A stretch of 64,000 nt of DNA from assembly GCF_006345805.1 (NCBI RefSeq), contig NC_043001.1, positions 24,738,001-24,802,000 of the forward strand, in the 5' to 3' direction. The translations under genes were made by a program, and so were the position numbers. The notes beneath the pieces are model-generated. The model had not been told where the DNA came from and did not search any database. It worked only from the letters and a program-made list of their open reading frames with translations. How positions within the stretch are numbered: position 1 is the stretch's first letter; each line of letters opens with the position of its first letter. The stretch comes from Octopus sinensis. Taxonomy: Eukaryota. Positions 1 through 13,547 of the stretch are shown one piece after another.

Positions 1-258
1 GTTGTTTATGGAAGACCAGCAGTCACCCATGCATACCGGCCTCCCCTTTCCATGCCACTTATGTTGTCCAAGGGAAAAGCAAGGGCCGATACAGCTTGGC
101 ACCTGTGACGTCGCAACTCATTTCTACAGCTGAGTGAACTGGAGCAACGTGAAATAAAGTGTCTTGCTCAAGAACACAACATGCAGCCCAGTCTGGGATT
201 CGAGCTCACAACCTCACGATCACAAGTTCGTCACTCTAACAACTGAGTCATGTGCCAT
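1..258 (-). mobile_element. tRNA-derived SINE, family E (truncated by window edge)
   Basis: Reverse complement of the element at 11742-12075; tRNA-like head with A and B boxes at ~195-258 on the minus strand. Confidence 0.8.
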
Positions 259-787
259 ATATAAAATATATACATAAACACATACATACATACATATATA
301 TATACATGCATAACATACTGTATATTCACCATTAAAACAAACATGTGTATTGCTTTAATGAAGCAACACAATGTCTTTTGGGGCCAATGGACATATTCTT
401 TTTCCAGCTTTTGATCTGAGATATATTCTGCCATATTGCATTTCCTTGATTCATACAGCATTGTTTTTACACCATCCAAATATTATTCAATTGATGAGCT
501 TAAACAGGATTTCAACTTGTGAATTACATAAAGATTTTTATTACGCAATAACTGAATATATTTTTAGAAGCTATTTTTTTACAATATATATATAAAGATT
601 TTTTACTGCATAAATAAAAAAAAATTGCTAATCTTTTAATGGTTAATTTTTTAAGAGTAGATTATTCACTACAAACTTAAAATATTTCACATCTTGTAAA
701 TTTAAATGAAACATCTTGCAAATGTTGATAGTGTATTTTTGGTTTGAGAACAAATCAAGTGAAATCTTGCTGATAACAGACATGCAT

Positions 788-816
788 GCACACACATACA
801 TACACACACACACACA

Positions 817-864
<48 letters not shown>

Positions 865-873
865 ACACACACA
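788..873. repeat. (CA)n microsatellite
   Basis: Long CA run; one of dozens of (CA)n/(TA)n/(TACA)n/(AAT)n/(GAT)n arrays in the window. Confidence 0.95.
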
Positions 874-2052
874 GAGTACAGCTGATGCAAGTTTGTAGAA
901 TGACATTACTGTGCATTGGGAACCTAAATGCTTCAAAACAATTTATTTATATATATATAAAAAGTTCAAGAATAAAGGGATTCTCTCTCTTTCCCTCTTG
1001 CTCTCTCTCTCCCTTCCTCTCTCTTTTTTTTCTCTCTCTCTCTCTTTCTCAATGTGAAGAGTAGTTTGTAAGATGCATGTGTAAGAACTGCACTACTGCA
1101 TGGCAGTGGGCCACGGGCATTGGATGCTAAAGATGTAAAAGGATGCAAATAGATGATGACAGATGGGGGAAGAACTGCCAAGAGATTCATGTAGAAGAAT
1201 TAAATGGGAGAGGAAGTCTTAAAGGTTAATTTCAGGACACAGAGAAGAGATGAAAGAGGAATACAAGGGAAAGATACCATTTGAAATCTTTCATGAAAAT
1301 ACATCCAGACTCAGGGAAAATATTACCTTGCTTGGAAACAGGTGAGGGTTAGTGACTGAAAGAGCATTCGGCTGCAGTAAATTTGCTTCGATTAATTTGG
1401 TCTGACCCATGCAGGCATAGAACAGCAGGCATTAAAATGAAGATTATGTATGTTATGTGTGTGTGTGTGTGTTTTCATGATTATTACGTACACATAATGA
1501 ACAACAGTATCATTTTAATGTCTATATTTCATGTTTGTATGGATCACTGGTTATATGATGGCGACACTATTTAGAGTTAACACATAACTCAAAGACAGGA
1601 AGACACACACACACACATACATATCCTCACACATAGACACACAACACATATTCATTGTATTAGAACATAAATCTTATTAAAGTAATACTTAAAACATTAC
1701 TTTGATCAAGGGACACACTTTTATGCCACCTTTTTGTGAAACATATTGTATAGCATTATCTCCTAGGTGAAATTGTTCTCGCTTCTATATTATCTTTTTT
1801 GCACTTGAAAATGCACATATTCTCTGGTTGGGTAAGCCAATACATTTTTTTTCTTTTGCTATATGCTCTGTAGATGCTCTACTGTATAACATTCAGTTAG
1901 GGAAAAATATATTCTGGAAAATCCATTTTCATCTCAAACTTCTGTAAGTTGATATTTTGGAAAAGCATAAAATTTTAACGAGTCTTTTCCCAGTTGTTGT
2001 AGCTATTTTTTTAGATTATCTGTAACTCCATATGTGTGTGTGTGTGTGTGTA

Positions 2053-2447
2053 TCTATATATATAAAGCTGAAGTTGTCTGTGTGTGTGTGGCAGGTTTGG
2101 TAGCCTTCAAACTAACACTATCTCCTCCAAGACCCTGTGGCACAAGTTGACCAAAATTGAGAGTATGATTGAAGGCTTGCTCTTCATTCCATAGAAGAAA
2201 AAATTCAAATCGGACCATGTTAAGACCAAAAATTATTTACATAAAAAAGGCACTTTTTTTTCTATGAAAATCCCTACTTTTTACGATTTTTTGTCACTGC
2301 TGTGTCGCCATTTTTTGGTGTATTTCAACTAGAAAAATGTTCACTTAAAGAGAATAACAAGCTAAATAATGCAAAATTTTTACTTTTCAAAAATTCCAAT
2401 TCTAAAGGGTCAAAATAAACCCAAGCAACGCCGGGCTATACTGCTAG
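2053..2447 (+). mobile_element. Non-autonomous Helitron
   Basis: A|TCTATATATATAAAG 5' end; 3' end CCCAAGCAACGCCGGGCTATACTGCTAG|T with subterminal GC hairpin and CTAG; inserted between A and T. Confidence 0.75.
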
Positions 2448-3161
2448 TTTATGTATAAATTTATATTAGGATATACACCTTGTAGTATGCTGTTTAAAGC
2501 CTGTTCACAGTATTTGGTTACCTGATATCATCAACAGTATGGATGTATATGTCACTGAATTTACTTCAGAAATTTCTTCATGTCCATAGAATTTATGAAA
2601 TATATGAAACAAAGAAAATCTATCTCGTGAAGACAAGTAACACACTACAACTAGCTAAATGTACTCTAATAGAAATAAGCAAAATGGAAATTAAAACATA
2701 AGTTACCTTTTGACAAGTCACCTGATGAAACACATCTGTACCTTTGAAGCAAACCAACTGTTTGTATGGCATCTCACCCATGAGGCACCAGTGCACAATA
2801 GGTCAAAATGATCTAAGTGACTAATAATAAAGAATAACATGCATTTCATTTTCTTTCTCTTGTATATTTCATATATATATATATACATATATATATATGT
2901 ACATATGTATATATATATACATATATATGCACACACACACACATGAATATACGTGCATACACATGCATACATATACATGCATACACATGCATATATATAT
3001 ATATATATATATAAGTAGTTGAATGAATTATCTTAGTATTGATAATTCGGTTAACCAATACCTGGGTAGCAAATTCACGTCAGAAAAACACGGTTGAAGC
3101 TACATGCCAAGGGCAGAGATCACGTGCTTTCGTGTGGAAATTTGTGTGTTTTTTTTAATAC

Positions 3162-3427
3162 AAATAAATGAAAAAATGGAGTTGAACGACAATTTAACAA
3201 AATTCTTTTATTCTCGACATATGTTTCGAAGGCTGCATATTCCTAATTTCGAAGGAATAAGGGGTGCATTATGCCGCCTTCTCCTCAAGAAAAAGTTCCT
3301 TGTTTTTCCTGATGAGAAGGTGGCATAATGCACCCCTTATTCCTTCGAAATTAGGAATATGCAGCCTTCGAAACATATGTCGAGAATAAAGGAATTTTGT
3401 TAAATCGTCGTTCAACTCCATTCTTTC

Positions 3428-3435
<8 letters not shown>
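3162..3435. repeat. 274-bp near-perfect palindrome, probably inverted Penelope-like terminal repeats
   Basis: 3162-3295 is the reverse complement of ~3302-3435 with a handful of mismatches; each arm carries a hammerhead motif. Confidence 0.9.
3304..3386 (+). ncRNA. Type I hammerhead ribozyme, intact core
   Basis: Stem I TTTTC(3304)/GAGAA(3382); CTGATGA at 3309-3315; stem II GAAGGTGGCATA/TATGCAGCCTTC; GAAA at 3370-3373; palindromic stem III ACATATGT; GUC cleavage triplet ending at C3381. Confidence 0.75.
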
Positions 3436-3486
<51 letters not shown>

Positions 3487-3488
<2 letters not shown>

Positions 3489-3648
3489 TGCAGACATGAC
3501 TGTGTGGTAAGAGGCTTGCTTCCCAACCACATGGTTCTAGGTTCAGTCCCACTGCATAGCACCTTGGGCAAGTGTCTTCTACTATAGTCTCAGGCCAACC
3601 AAAGCCTTGTGAGTGGATTTGGTAGATGGAAACTGAAAGAAGTCTGTT
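3487..3648 (+). mobile_element. SINE family A, 5' half
   Basis: tRNA-like head TGTGTGGTAAG...GGTTCAGTCCC followed by family core CACCTTGGGCAAGTGTCTTCTACTATAG. Confidence 0.85.
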
Positions 3649-3655
3649 ATATATA

Positions 3656-3696
<41 letters not shown>

Positions 3697-3796
3697 GAGA
3701 GAGAGAGAGATAATTGGAAATAAGTGAATATGATCAAATTAATCAAACCTTTGAAACAACACCAACAGTGTCACCATCATAACAACGTAGTCAAAG

Positions 3797-4008
3797 ACGG
3801 CAAGCTGACAGAACCATTAGCACACCAGGCAAAATGCTTAGTAGTATTTCATCTGCCACTACGTTCTGAGTTCAAATTCCACTACGGTCAACTTTTCCTT
3901 TCATTCTTTCGGGGTTGATGAATTAAGTACCAGTCAAGTACTGGGGTCGATGTAATCAACTATCCGCCTCCCTACAAATTCCAGACCTTGTGCCTTTAGT
4001 AGAAATGA
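3797..4008 (+). mobile_element. SINE family B
   Basis: GGCAAGCTGACAGAA...TTCTGAGTTCAAATTCC...TAAGTACCAGT core shared with more than 10 copies. Confidence 0.85.
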
Positions 4009-4645
4009 TTACAATATAGTGAATGGTTTAATGTTTTCAACGGGATGTATGCATATCATCATCTCATCATCATTTAATGTCCATTTTACATGTTGGCATG
4101 GGTTAGATGGTTTGACAGGACCCAACAGGTCAGAAAATGTGCACCAGGCTCTAATGTCAGCTTCACTGTGCATTTTTTACTGTTGGATGCCCCTCCTAAT
4201 GCCAACCCCTTTGCAATGAGTACTTGATACATTTTACATGACCGTTACAGTAGGGAGTTTACCCAGTAATTTTGTGAGACAACAAAAAGGGAAAGAAAAA
4301 GCACCCCCTCAAACTGATTGGGAATGTACTTGTGAAAGGAGGAGGTGTCTTTATGCTGAGTATTGGAGGCTAAAATATGATAGAAAGACAGCCACAGATG
4401 CATTATTATAGAGAAGCATGTTTGCACTTATGAATATGATCACTTTTATCTATCTCTATCTCATTATTTACATTATCTTTGTATTTCCCTGTTCCTCTCG
4501 GGCACTTTCCGTTTTTCTTCCAATAATTGAAACATAAAATTTATAAGCAAACTACTAAAGTGTTACTATAAATTAATGTTTTTATATATTGATGTGCACT
4601 ACCCTACATAATAGTAATAATGATAATAATAATAATAATAATAAT

Positions 4646-6272
4646 AAGCCTGATCTTAACTGATTGGAAGTGTTATCATGTACATTGTTTTGTCTTGGTA
4701 TAAAAGATGGGCTACAGCAAATATTCTGCTCAATACCACAGATTTGCTTGTCAGTTGTTTGACCTTAACCAGTTGAGCATGTCCCTTGGTAACTGATGAT
4801 ATGTGCATCTCTGTTCATAAGCAGATGTAGTGGGGGAGTATCATAGCCATGTGTTGAAAGGAATTCTTAGAGGTTTGGATAATTCACCTTTGGAAACATG
4901 GGTGGTTCGTTCAACATGCTTAAACAACCCTAATATAGCGACCTTTTGAGCGGGATGGGCTACTCGACCAGAAGAAAATTCTAACTGGTCCCCACCTGCA
5001 AGGTCATGCGCTGTTTATCTTGATATGAGATCACCATGTCACGCACATATGGTTGTGATGCATGTGCTTGGTGTACCCTTATCAGACGGGTAGTCATGAT
5101 GGCTTTACTGGGCTTCGTATATTTTACCCAAGTGTGACTTTGATGGCATGCACTGCTCTCTCACTCAGTAATAATAATAATAATAATAATAATAAGCCTG
5201 ATCTTAACTGATTGGAAGTGTTATCATGTACATTGTTTTGTCTTGGTATAAAAGATGGGCTACAGCAAATATTCTGCTCAATACCACAGATTTGCTTGTC
5301 AGTTGTTTGACCTTAACCAGTTGAGCATGTCCCTTGGTAACTGATGATATGTGCATCTCTGTTCATAAGCAGATGTAGTGGGGGAGTATCATAGCCATGT
5401 GTTGAGAGGAATTCTTTGGGGTTTGAATATTTCACCTTGGAAACATGGATGTTTCATTCATCATCCTTAAACAAACCTTATTTGGGGACCTTTTCAGCAG
5501 GATGGTTATTCAACCTGAAAAAAATTCTAACTGGGCCACACCTGCTAGGTCATGCGCTGGTTATCTTGATATGAGATCACCATGTCACGCACATATGGTT
5601 GTGATGCATGTGCTTGGTGTACCCTTATCAGACGGGTAGACATGATGGCTTTACTGGGCTTCGTATATTTTACCCAAGTGTGACTTTGATGGCATGCACT
5701 GCTCTCTCACTCAGTAATAATAATAATAATAATAATAATGATAATAATAATAATAACATCAACAACGAGCAGAATGTACATGTTTTGTCTTGGTATAAAA
5801 GATGGACTACATCAAATATTCTGCTCAATACCACAGATTTACTTGTCAGTTGCTTGATTTTTAACTAGTTGAGTATGTCCTTTATTGGCTGACAATATGT
5901 GCATCTCTGATCACAAGCAGGAGTAGTGGAGGAGCATCATAGCCATGTGTTGAGAGGAATTCTTTGGGGTTTGAATATTTCACCTTGGAAACATGGATGT
6001 TTCATTCATCATCCTTAAACAAACCTTATTTGGGGACCTTTTCAGCAGGATGGTTTATTCAACCTGAAAAAAATTCTAACTGGGCCACACCTGCTAGGTC
6101 ATGCGCTGGTTATCTTGATATGAGATCACCATGTCACACACATATAGTTATGATTTATGTGCCTGGTGTACCTTTATCCAATGGCTTTGGTTATTTGTAC
6201 CCTTATCATACAGCTTCGTATATTTGTACCCCAGTGAAACTTTGATGGCAAGCATTGCTTTCTCACTCAGTA
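4646..6272. repeat. Tandem trimer of a ~520-550-bp element separated by (AAT)n
   Basis: Units start at 4646, 5194 and ~5775; each ends CTCTCACTCAG then (TAA)n. Confidence 0.9.
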
Positions 6273-6288
6273 ATAACAACAAAGGGCA

Positions 6289-6344
<56 letters not shown>

Positions 6345-6756
6345 ATAATTGTAAAATAATATAGTGACATTTAAACAGCCATGGAAAAACCTAAGGTTGT
6401 TTGAACAGCAGGTAAATGATGAAATTTTTGTCTAAAACATTTTTCTCAATAAAATTGAACTTCAAATAAAGCTGAACATCAAAAACTCTTCTACGCATTT
6501 ACATGAAGCACTTATATTGACTTATATATGCTTAAGTAAACATGTACAGTATAATGTATAACAGACATTAGATTAATATGTTGCCACATACACACGGCTA
6601 GGTATATAAATATCTATTTCACCTATAATGAAGCCATTTGTTGAGAAGCACTGTCTCAAACGTAGCAATTTAATTAATATTCTGTGTAACAATAGGCTGG
6701 GTATTCTGTCAGTTACAGTGACATGTGTCCCATTTGATTTGATCAAAAGACTATCT

Positions 6757-6987
6757 CGGCAAGCTAGCAGAACCGTTAGCACACCAGGTGAAATGCTTAG
6801 CGGTATTTCATCTGCTGTTACATTCTGAATTCAAATTCCGCTGAGGTCGACTTTGCCTTTCATCCTTTCGGGGTCGATAAATTAAGTACCAGTTATGCAC
6901 TGGGGTTGATGTAATTGACTTAATCTCTTTGTCTGTCCATGTTTGTCCCCTCTATGTTTAGCCTCTTGTGGGCAATAAAGGAATAAG
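6757..6987 (+). mobile_element. SINE family B
   Basis: Full family B sequence ending CTTGTGGGCAATAAAG. Confidence 0.85.
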
Positions 6988-7285
6988 AATATCTCGTTCA
7001 TGAAATTAATTCACAAGTGACATATACCCATAACATAGTCTTCAGGAATATTCTGTGTGATACACTGAATGTGACCCTCATTCTTGCCACCTATATGGAC
7101 TGGGACAACATGAAATAAAATGTCATGCTTAAGGACACAATCCATCTCTGGGAATTGAACTCACAACCTTACAATTGTAAGCAAAGTAAGCTAACCACTA
7201 AGCCATGTTCCTTTACATGTAACAATAACCCAGCGGCTAGAAAGTCAAATTTATACTGTTTTATGTTAATATCTCTTCAAACCAA

Positions 7286-7745
7286 GGTGGCAAGCTGGCA
7301 GAAGCATTAGCATGTGGCAAGCTGGCAGAAACATGAGCATGTCAGGCGAAATGCTTAGCGGTATTTCGTCTGCCGCTACGTTCTGAGTTCAAATTCCGCC
7401 GAGGTCGACTTTGCCTTTCATCCTTTTGGGGTCGATTAAATAAGTACCAGTTAGGCATTGAGGTCGATATAATCGACTTAATCTGTTTGTCTGTCCTTGT
7501 TTGTTCCTTCTGTGTTTAGCCCCTTGTGGGCAGTAAAGAATTAAGAAACATTAGCTTGCCGTGCAAAATGCTTAGCAGTATTTCGTCTGTCTTTACGTTC
7601 TGAGTTCAAATTCCGCCGAGGTCAACTTTGTCTTTCATCCTTTCAGGGTCGATAAATTAAGTACCAGTTGCGTACTGGAGTCAATCTAATCAACTGTCCT
7701 CCCTCCCCCAAAATTCCAGGCCTTGTGCCTAGAGTGGAAAAGAAT
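7286..7745 (+). mobile_element. SINE family B, tandem dimer
   Basis: Two consecutive family B bodies flanked by the direct repeat CTCTTCAAACC (probable TSD). Confidence 0.85.
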
Positions 7746-9419
7746 AACTCTTCAAACCTGATAGTAGCAATGTTTTAGGTTGTTTTACTCACTGTTTTTC
7801 TTGTAGCACACATCTTCAGTTTCACACCATATTGTAAACCCAAAGAAATACTCGTTTATGCACTGTAAAAAGTGACTATAAAATATTTTCTCTGGTTGCA
7901 AAATTACACAGCTATCATCTTATCTTTTCCTTTTTTTATGTGAATCTTACTGCTCTCAGATTCATGTAGAATATTACTTTCTTCAAATAACATTGTTAAT
8001 GTTTTTTTTATTTGTGTGTGTGTGTGTGTGTGTGTGTTTGTTAGATATAGAGAAAATTTTTTTCGTTTTCATTGCATAGGTTTTACATTATTAATTTTCA
8101 TTTGCTTATGTAAGTTTTAAAAGAATCAGTTTGTACTTTTTAAGGCGCTAATGAACCCCTAAAATGCTAATGCACAAAATAATACATTGAAAAACAAATA
8201 TGAAACATGTAGGTTAAAATATAATGATATAAAGGTGGAAAAAATCAATTTGTTACCAACTTAAGCAAATTTAGACAGTGAAGGTATGCTTCAAATAATT
8301 ATTTCCTTCGTTATGAGAAATTAGGTTCTTTTAAAGCTAATGAACTTGTGGGAAAATATAAACAAATTATCATATTTTGCTATAATACTAGGAATATCTT
8401 TGGTTTGATCTACTTCAGTACACATAGACGTCTGTAAATATGATCCACTGTGTTCAGATGCAGATAGGTTTCAAGTGTGTGCTATCTCTTCAGAATTGGT
8501 AAGAATCTTATGCATCTCAGAGCAGATGCTTGTAGTCCCTAATTATCAGGAAACTAAATTCAAATCATTATAACAGTACAGCAAAATTTTATTGCAGCAT
8601 TTAGGCAGATTGTCCTACTTAGTATACCAGGAATGTATTTAAGTACCTATCTATACAGATTGGTATGTATGTAACATTGTGTGTATGTATGTGTGTCTTC
8701 TAATTTATTTAGATGATGGCAAGATGGTTTGCTTTTATTGTACTAAATGACTTTTCTTATTCATTTAATCATTTGATTCTATTTCTATACTTCATAATAA
8801 TTTAAAATATCTATTATAAATATTCACTGAATCAGTTAGGAGCATGCCCTAGAAGAAATTGAAGAAGGAAGGAAAGGAATTTACAGCTAGAATGCCATGG
8901 TAATGAGAGAAGGGCAAAGCCTAAGACAAATGAATGCATTCACATCATAACAGCATGTAATCTCATAACAGTTATTTGCTATGATAATTGAGAAGATATT
9001 GTTTAACAACAATGCACCTTCGGTGGAATGCCTGTTTAAGAACTTTTATTCAATGAAAGCTACCTATGAAGAAGAATAAATGGCTGAAAAACTGACTTGA
9101 TGTTAAGGTATATGTAAAAAAACCTGAGGGTATCTAAACTCATAATGTATTTCTTTGTTGTTGTCTTCTAAGCTTTCGTAATACCGAAATATCAACTTCA
9201 TGCCATTTGACAATTTATTTGGGAAAATAGTGAGATAAGTTGATTTTCTGTTGTGTCTGGGGAGAGTCATTTTCTTTCTGTGCCTTATAATTTAGCACAC
9301 TCACTAGTGAAATTTCAACTTATTTTTTATTTTATTTTCCTAATATTTTCGTTGCATCTTGCAACCTTTTCAATAGTCTTGACTCTGTCCGTTATTTACA
9401 CTGCGTTCCTTTTTGTTTG

Positions 9420-9962
9420 TTTGTGTGCATGTGTGTGGGTCAGTGTGTGCCTATGCATGCATGTATGTATGTATGGGTGTGTATGTATGCATGTATGTGT
9501 ATGTATATATGTGTGTGTATATGTGTGTGTGTATATATGTATTTGTGTGCATCTGTATGTATGTATTCTGCATATTCTTGTCTTTGCATTTCCGTGTTTG
9601 TGTATTTTCTATGTTTGTGTGTGTGAGCATGTGTTTGTATATGTATGTACCTCTGTCTCCTTGTGTGTGCATGTCTGTGTGTGTGTGTGTGTTTTGCAAT
9701 TATGTACCATGTTTGTATGTATTGATGGATGTGCATCTCTATATGTGTGGACCCATGTTTCCATATGTGTCCTTGTGTGGAGTAAAGTGTGTGTGTATAT
9801 ATGGTATGTACCTCTGTCTCCTTGTGTGTGCATGTGTGTGTGTGTGTGTTTTGCAAATATGTACCATATTTGTATGTATGGATGGATGTGCATCTCTATA
9901 TGTGTGGACCCATGTTTCCATATGTGTCCTTGTGTGGAGTAAAGTGTGTGTGTATATATGGT
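9420..9962. repeat. Degenerate (TG/TA)n region with a ~160-bp tandem duplication
   Basis: TATGTACCTCTGTCTCC...GGAGTAAAGTGTGTG occurs twice (~9645-9805 and ~9806-9962). Confidence 0.85.
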
Positions 9963-10536
9963 CATGTGTTTCCAACTCCATTTGTGTATGTGTGCTTGTC
10001 TGTCCTCATAACCCATGTTCCTATCCGTCTGTATGTTGATCTGTTTATTTTCATATTCATATGCTTACATACAAATTGTACTGGATAACTGTTCTTATTT
10101 ATTCATTTAATCATGTGCTATAACCGCTGTACTTTCACACTGGGTATATGGTACAATAGAAGGACAGTTCCATAGCTTTACTTAGTTTCATTTACAACTT
10201 GGTACAATGAAAGTGATAGAGGGATGAGGCCATAAAGATGAGAGCAGTCAAGAAATGAATGGAAAAGGGATGGGTGACAGAAGCACCCATGCTTTTTTCT
10301 CTCAGCTTATTCATACTCAATCATTGATGTACACTAACATTGCACACCCAATGAAACATACCTGCTTTATTTCTTTCTTCTATTTACAAATCCTTTGTAT
10401 TCAAGGTCTCCTTCTCACTGTTGTGCAGTATTGCTCTTTGCATAAATGCATTATACAATCTGTTCTTCCTTCTTAGGGAAAACTCTTTCATTCCCAGCAG
10501 ATGTACTAGGTCACTGAACTTCATATATATATTTAT

Positions 10537-10574
<38 letters not shown>

Positions 10575-10655
10575 GCCTAAACGATGATGATGATGACAAT
10601 ATGTGTGTGTGTGTATATATGTATATATGTATATATATATATATATATACATATT

Positions 10656-10689
<34 letters not shown>

Positions 10690-10804
10690 AAATATATATA
10701 TATATATTTATGCCTAAACGATGATGATGATGGCAATATTTGTGTGTGTGTGTGTATATATATATATATTTATAATTATGTATAATTGTTTATATCTCTC
10801 TCTC

Positions 10805-10884
<80 letters not shown>

Positions 10885-11208
10885 ATCAATACAAGATGAT
10901 ATTACAATGATATATTAATATATTAAGATATATTAACATGTTATAGTATGAGTGGCTTGCTAGCAATTAAAAACCAAAAAAGAATTAATAAATAAAGGGT
11001 GCAAAATAGCACATACATACATACATATATACATATATGTTGATAAATGATAATAAATAATGTATATATTTCATATATAAATGTATATAGGTTGATAATA
11101 ATGCATAACACACGTACTTCACACACACACACATCATGTGTGTGCATGGGTGTGTGTGTAGGTAGGTTGATTATCTTGATGATGTACATAGATAGACAAT
11201 AATCATAA

Positions 11209-11314
11209 TACATACATACATACATACATACATACATACATCATACATACATACATACATACATACATACATCATACATACATACATACATACATACATA
11301 CATACATACATACA

Positions 11315-11345
<31 letters not shown>
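11209..11345. repeat. (TACA)n microsatellite
   Basis: Long tetranucleotide array. Confidence 0.95.
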
Positions 11346-11347
<2 letters not shown>

Positions 11348-11741
11348 GTATTGATATTATAATAAAACATAGTTTACAAACCAGCCATTTATTAAATATA
11401 ATGTTAGTAGATTTCACTTTACCATAACAATAAAATTCCAAATTTATTATATATATAAAATTTAAAAACCAAATCTAGTTACTATTCAAAACTATTGCCA
11501 TCTGATACAGTAATCTAAAGGAAACCGTTACAGGATCTGATTTATATATGCACATTATAATGAATTTATTTATTACTACAGATTACAATAAATGCTAGAA
11601 CATATTTTTATTTTCTAAGTAGATATGTCCACTTTAAATGCAGCCGTATCTCTTAGTCATACACACACACACACACACGCACTTATGTAGACTTTTATAT
11701 GTGTACGTTTGTGAACATTATTATTATTATACTCTGAGTGA

Positions 11742-12075
11742 AGGCACATGGCTCAGTGGTTAGAGCGTCAGGCTCACAAACATGAGGTTGTGAGTTTTGA
11801 TTCCCAGACTGGTATATGTGTTGTGTTCTTGAGCAAAACAATTTGTTTCACGTTGCTCCAGTTCACTCAGCTGTAGAAATGAGTTGCGATGTCACAGGTG
11901 CCAAGCTGTATCAGCCTTTGCCTTTCCCTTGGATAGCACTGGTGGCATGGAGAAGGGAGGCCAGTATGCATGGGCGACTGCTGGTCTTCCATAAACAACC
12001 TTGCCTGGACTTGTGCCTGGGATGGTAACTTTCTAAGTGCAATCCCATGGTCAGTCATGACCGAAGGGGGTCTCA
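11742..12075 (+). mobile_element. tRNA-derived SINE, family E
   Basis: GGCACATGGCTCAGTGGTTAGAGC A-box head, B-box-like TTTGATTCC, GTGTTCTTGAGCAA core; second copy at 1-258. Confidence 0.8.
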
Positions 12076-12086
12076 GCAGCTCAGCA

Positions 12087-12127
<41 letters not shown>

Positions 12128-12621
12128 TCATCATCATCATCATCATATAGATATATATATCAAGAATGGGTGAGGAGTGTCCACATTGAACAAATTTTTT
12201 GAAAGTTTGACATTATGAAAATCAAAATAAAATATCTCAAGAGATGCTAACTATATAAATTTCTATGAATATAAATAAGTATATATTTTTAAAAATTGTT
12301 AGATATAACATCTCCAGCTAAATTTAATCTGTTGTCAATTCAAGTCAATATTTTTATGTTGAGTAAAGAGCTTATAAAACATCTGAAACAATTATCTAGA
12401 ATTTCAGTCTAGTGATTGGATATTTGCAGAAGCAGTTAAGTTCATTTTTTTTTTATTTTAGAGAAAAATGTACCTATAAACAACAAAGTAAAATCATTAA
12501 TTATTCAAAGGAAATTATGAATATACTATTATAATTGCCAATCTGCAATTAACTCAAACTCTTTGATCCCAACTTGTCTGAGGTCCCCTCCCCCTGGTTC
12601 TGTGATATAAAATTCATGTAT

Positions 12622-12847
12622 CAACCTTTTAGCATTCAGATTACTGTGTCAAATGTAAAGCTTATTTATCCACATTGTTTTGAATTAATCCTGTATTATC
12701 TCACAGCTCTGAGATATTGATGATGTGATTGTATAGACTTAGAATGACATTGTAGGGTAGGTGTGAGAGGCCATGTCTGGACATTTTGAATATAAAACAG
12801 GTAGAAAATTTGGGCTGGACATGGCCAATTTAATGCTTAAGGGTTAA
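12622..12847. mobile_element. piggyBac-like MITE
   Basis: Termini CAACCTTTTAGCATT / AATGCTTAAGGGTTAA (CCCT..AGGG-type TIR with TTAA). Confidence 0.5.
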
Positions 12848-12904
12848 AGTGATCCAAATCAAAATCTTCCATCAAAACTTTCATTTTAATTTATGTTCCA
12901 ATGA

Positions 12905-13367
12905 AATCAAAATCAAATTCGACGACTGGCATCCGTGCTAGTGGAGTGCTAAGAGTACCATCCAAGCGTGATCATTGCCAGAGCAACAAGCTGGCCTCCA
13001 TGCTGGTGGCACGTAAAAAGCACCATTCGAGTTTGATTGTTACCTGCGTCGCCTGACTGGCACGGGAAAAAACATTTGAGCGAGGTCATTGCCAGTGCTA
13101 CTGGACTGGCTCCTGTGCAGGTGGTACATAAAAAGCACCATTTGAGCATAGCCGTTGCCAGTAACGACTGACTGGCCCTCGTGCCGGTAGCATGTAAAAG
13201 CACCCATTATACTCTCGGAGTGGTTGGCATTAGGAAGGGCATACAGCTGTAGAAACTCTGCCATATCAGATTGGAGTCTGGTGCAGCCATTTGGTTCGCC
13301 AGTCCTCAGTCAAATTGTCCAACCCATGCTAGCATGGAAAGTGGACGTTAAACGATGATGATGATGA
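12905..13367 (+). mobile_element. SINE family C (internal ~60-bp repeats, RTE-related tail, (GAT)n end)
   Basis: AAATC repeats at 5' end, GGTGGCACGTAAAAGCACC repeats, GGAAGGGCAT..AGCTGTAGAAAC, AACCCATGCTAGCATGG, (GAT)n tail. Confidence 0.85.
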
Positions 13368-13547
13368 TTAGCTTAATAATGACAAAGTTATTTAACCAAA
13401 TTATTCATTATTTTAAACATTAATTGAAATTAAATTAGTATTTTTCAACAGTAATATGGTAAAAAGGGTTAACATTCATTTTGACATGCTTGCACCAATG
13501 AGCTAATACAGCTTGATAAAGCAAGTCCCTTACTAAGATGAATAGTT

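Noticed and set aside
2706-2813. Possible minus-strand exon (TTAG|ATC...AAAG|GTAACT)
   Set aside because: Stops in all three frames over the full length; no partner exons; could be non-coding but is unsupported
9253-10088. Longest ORFs in the track (229 and 208 aa)
   Set aside because: Translations of degenerate (TG/TA)n repeat (V/C/Y/M-rich); no splice or domain signal
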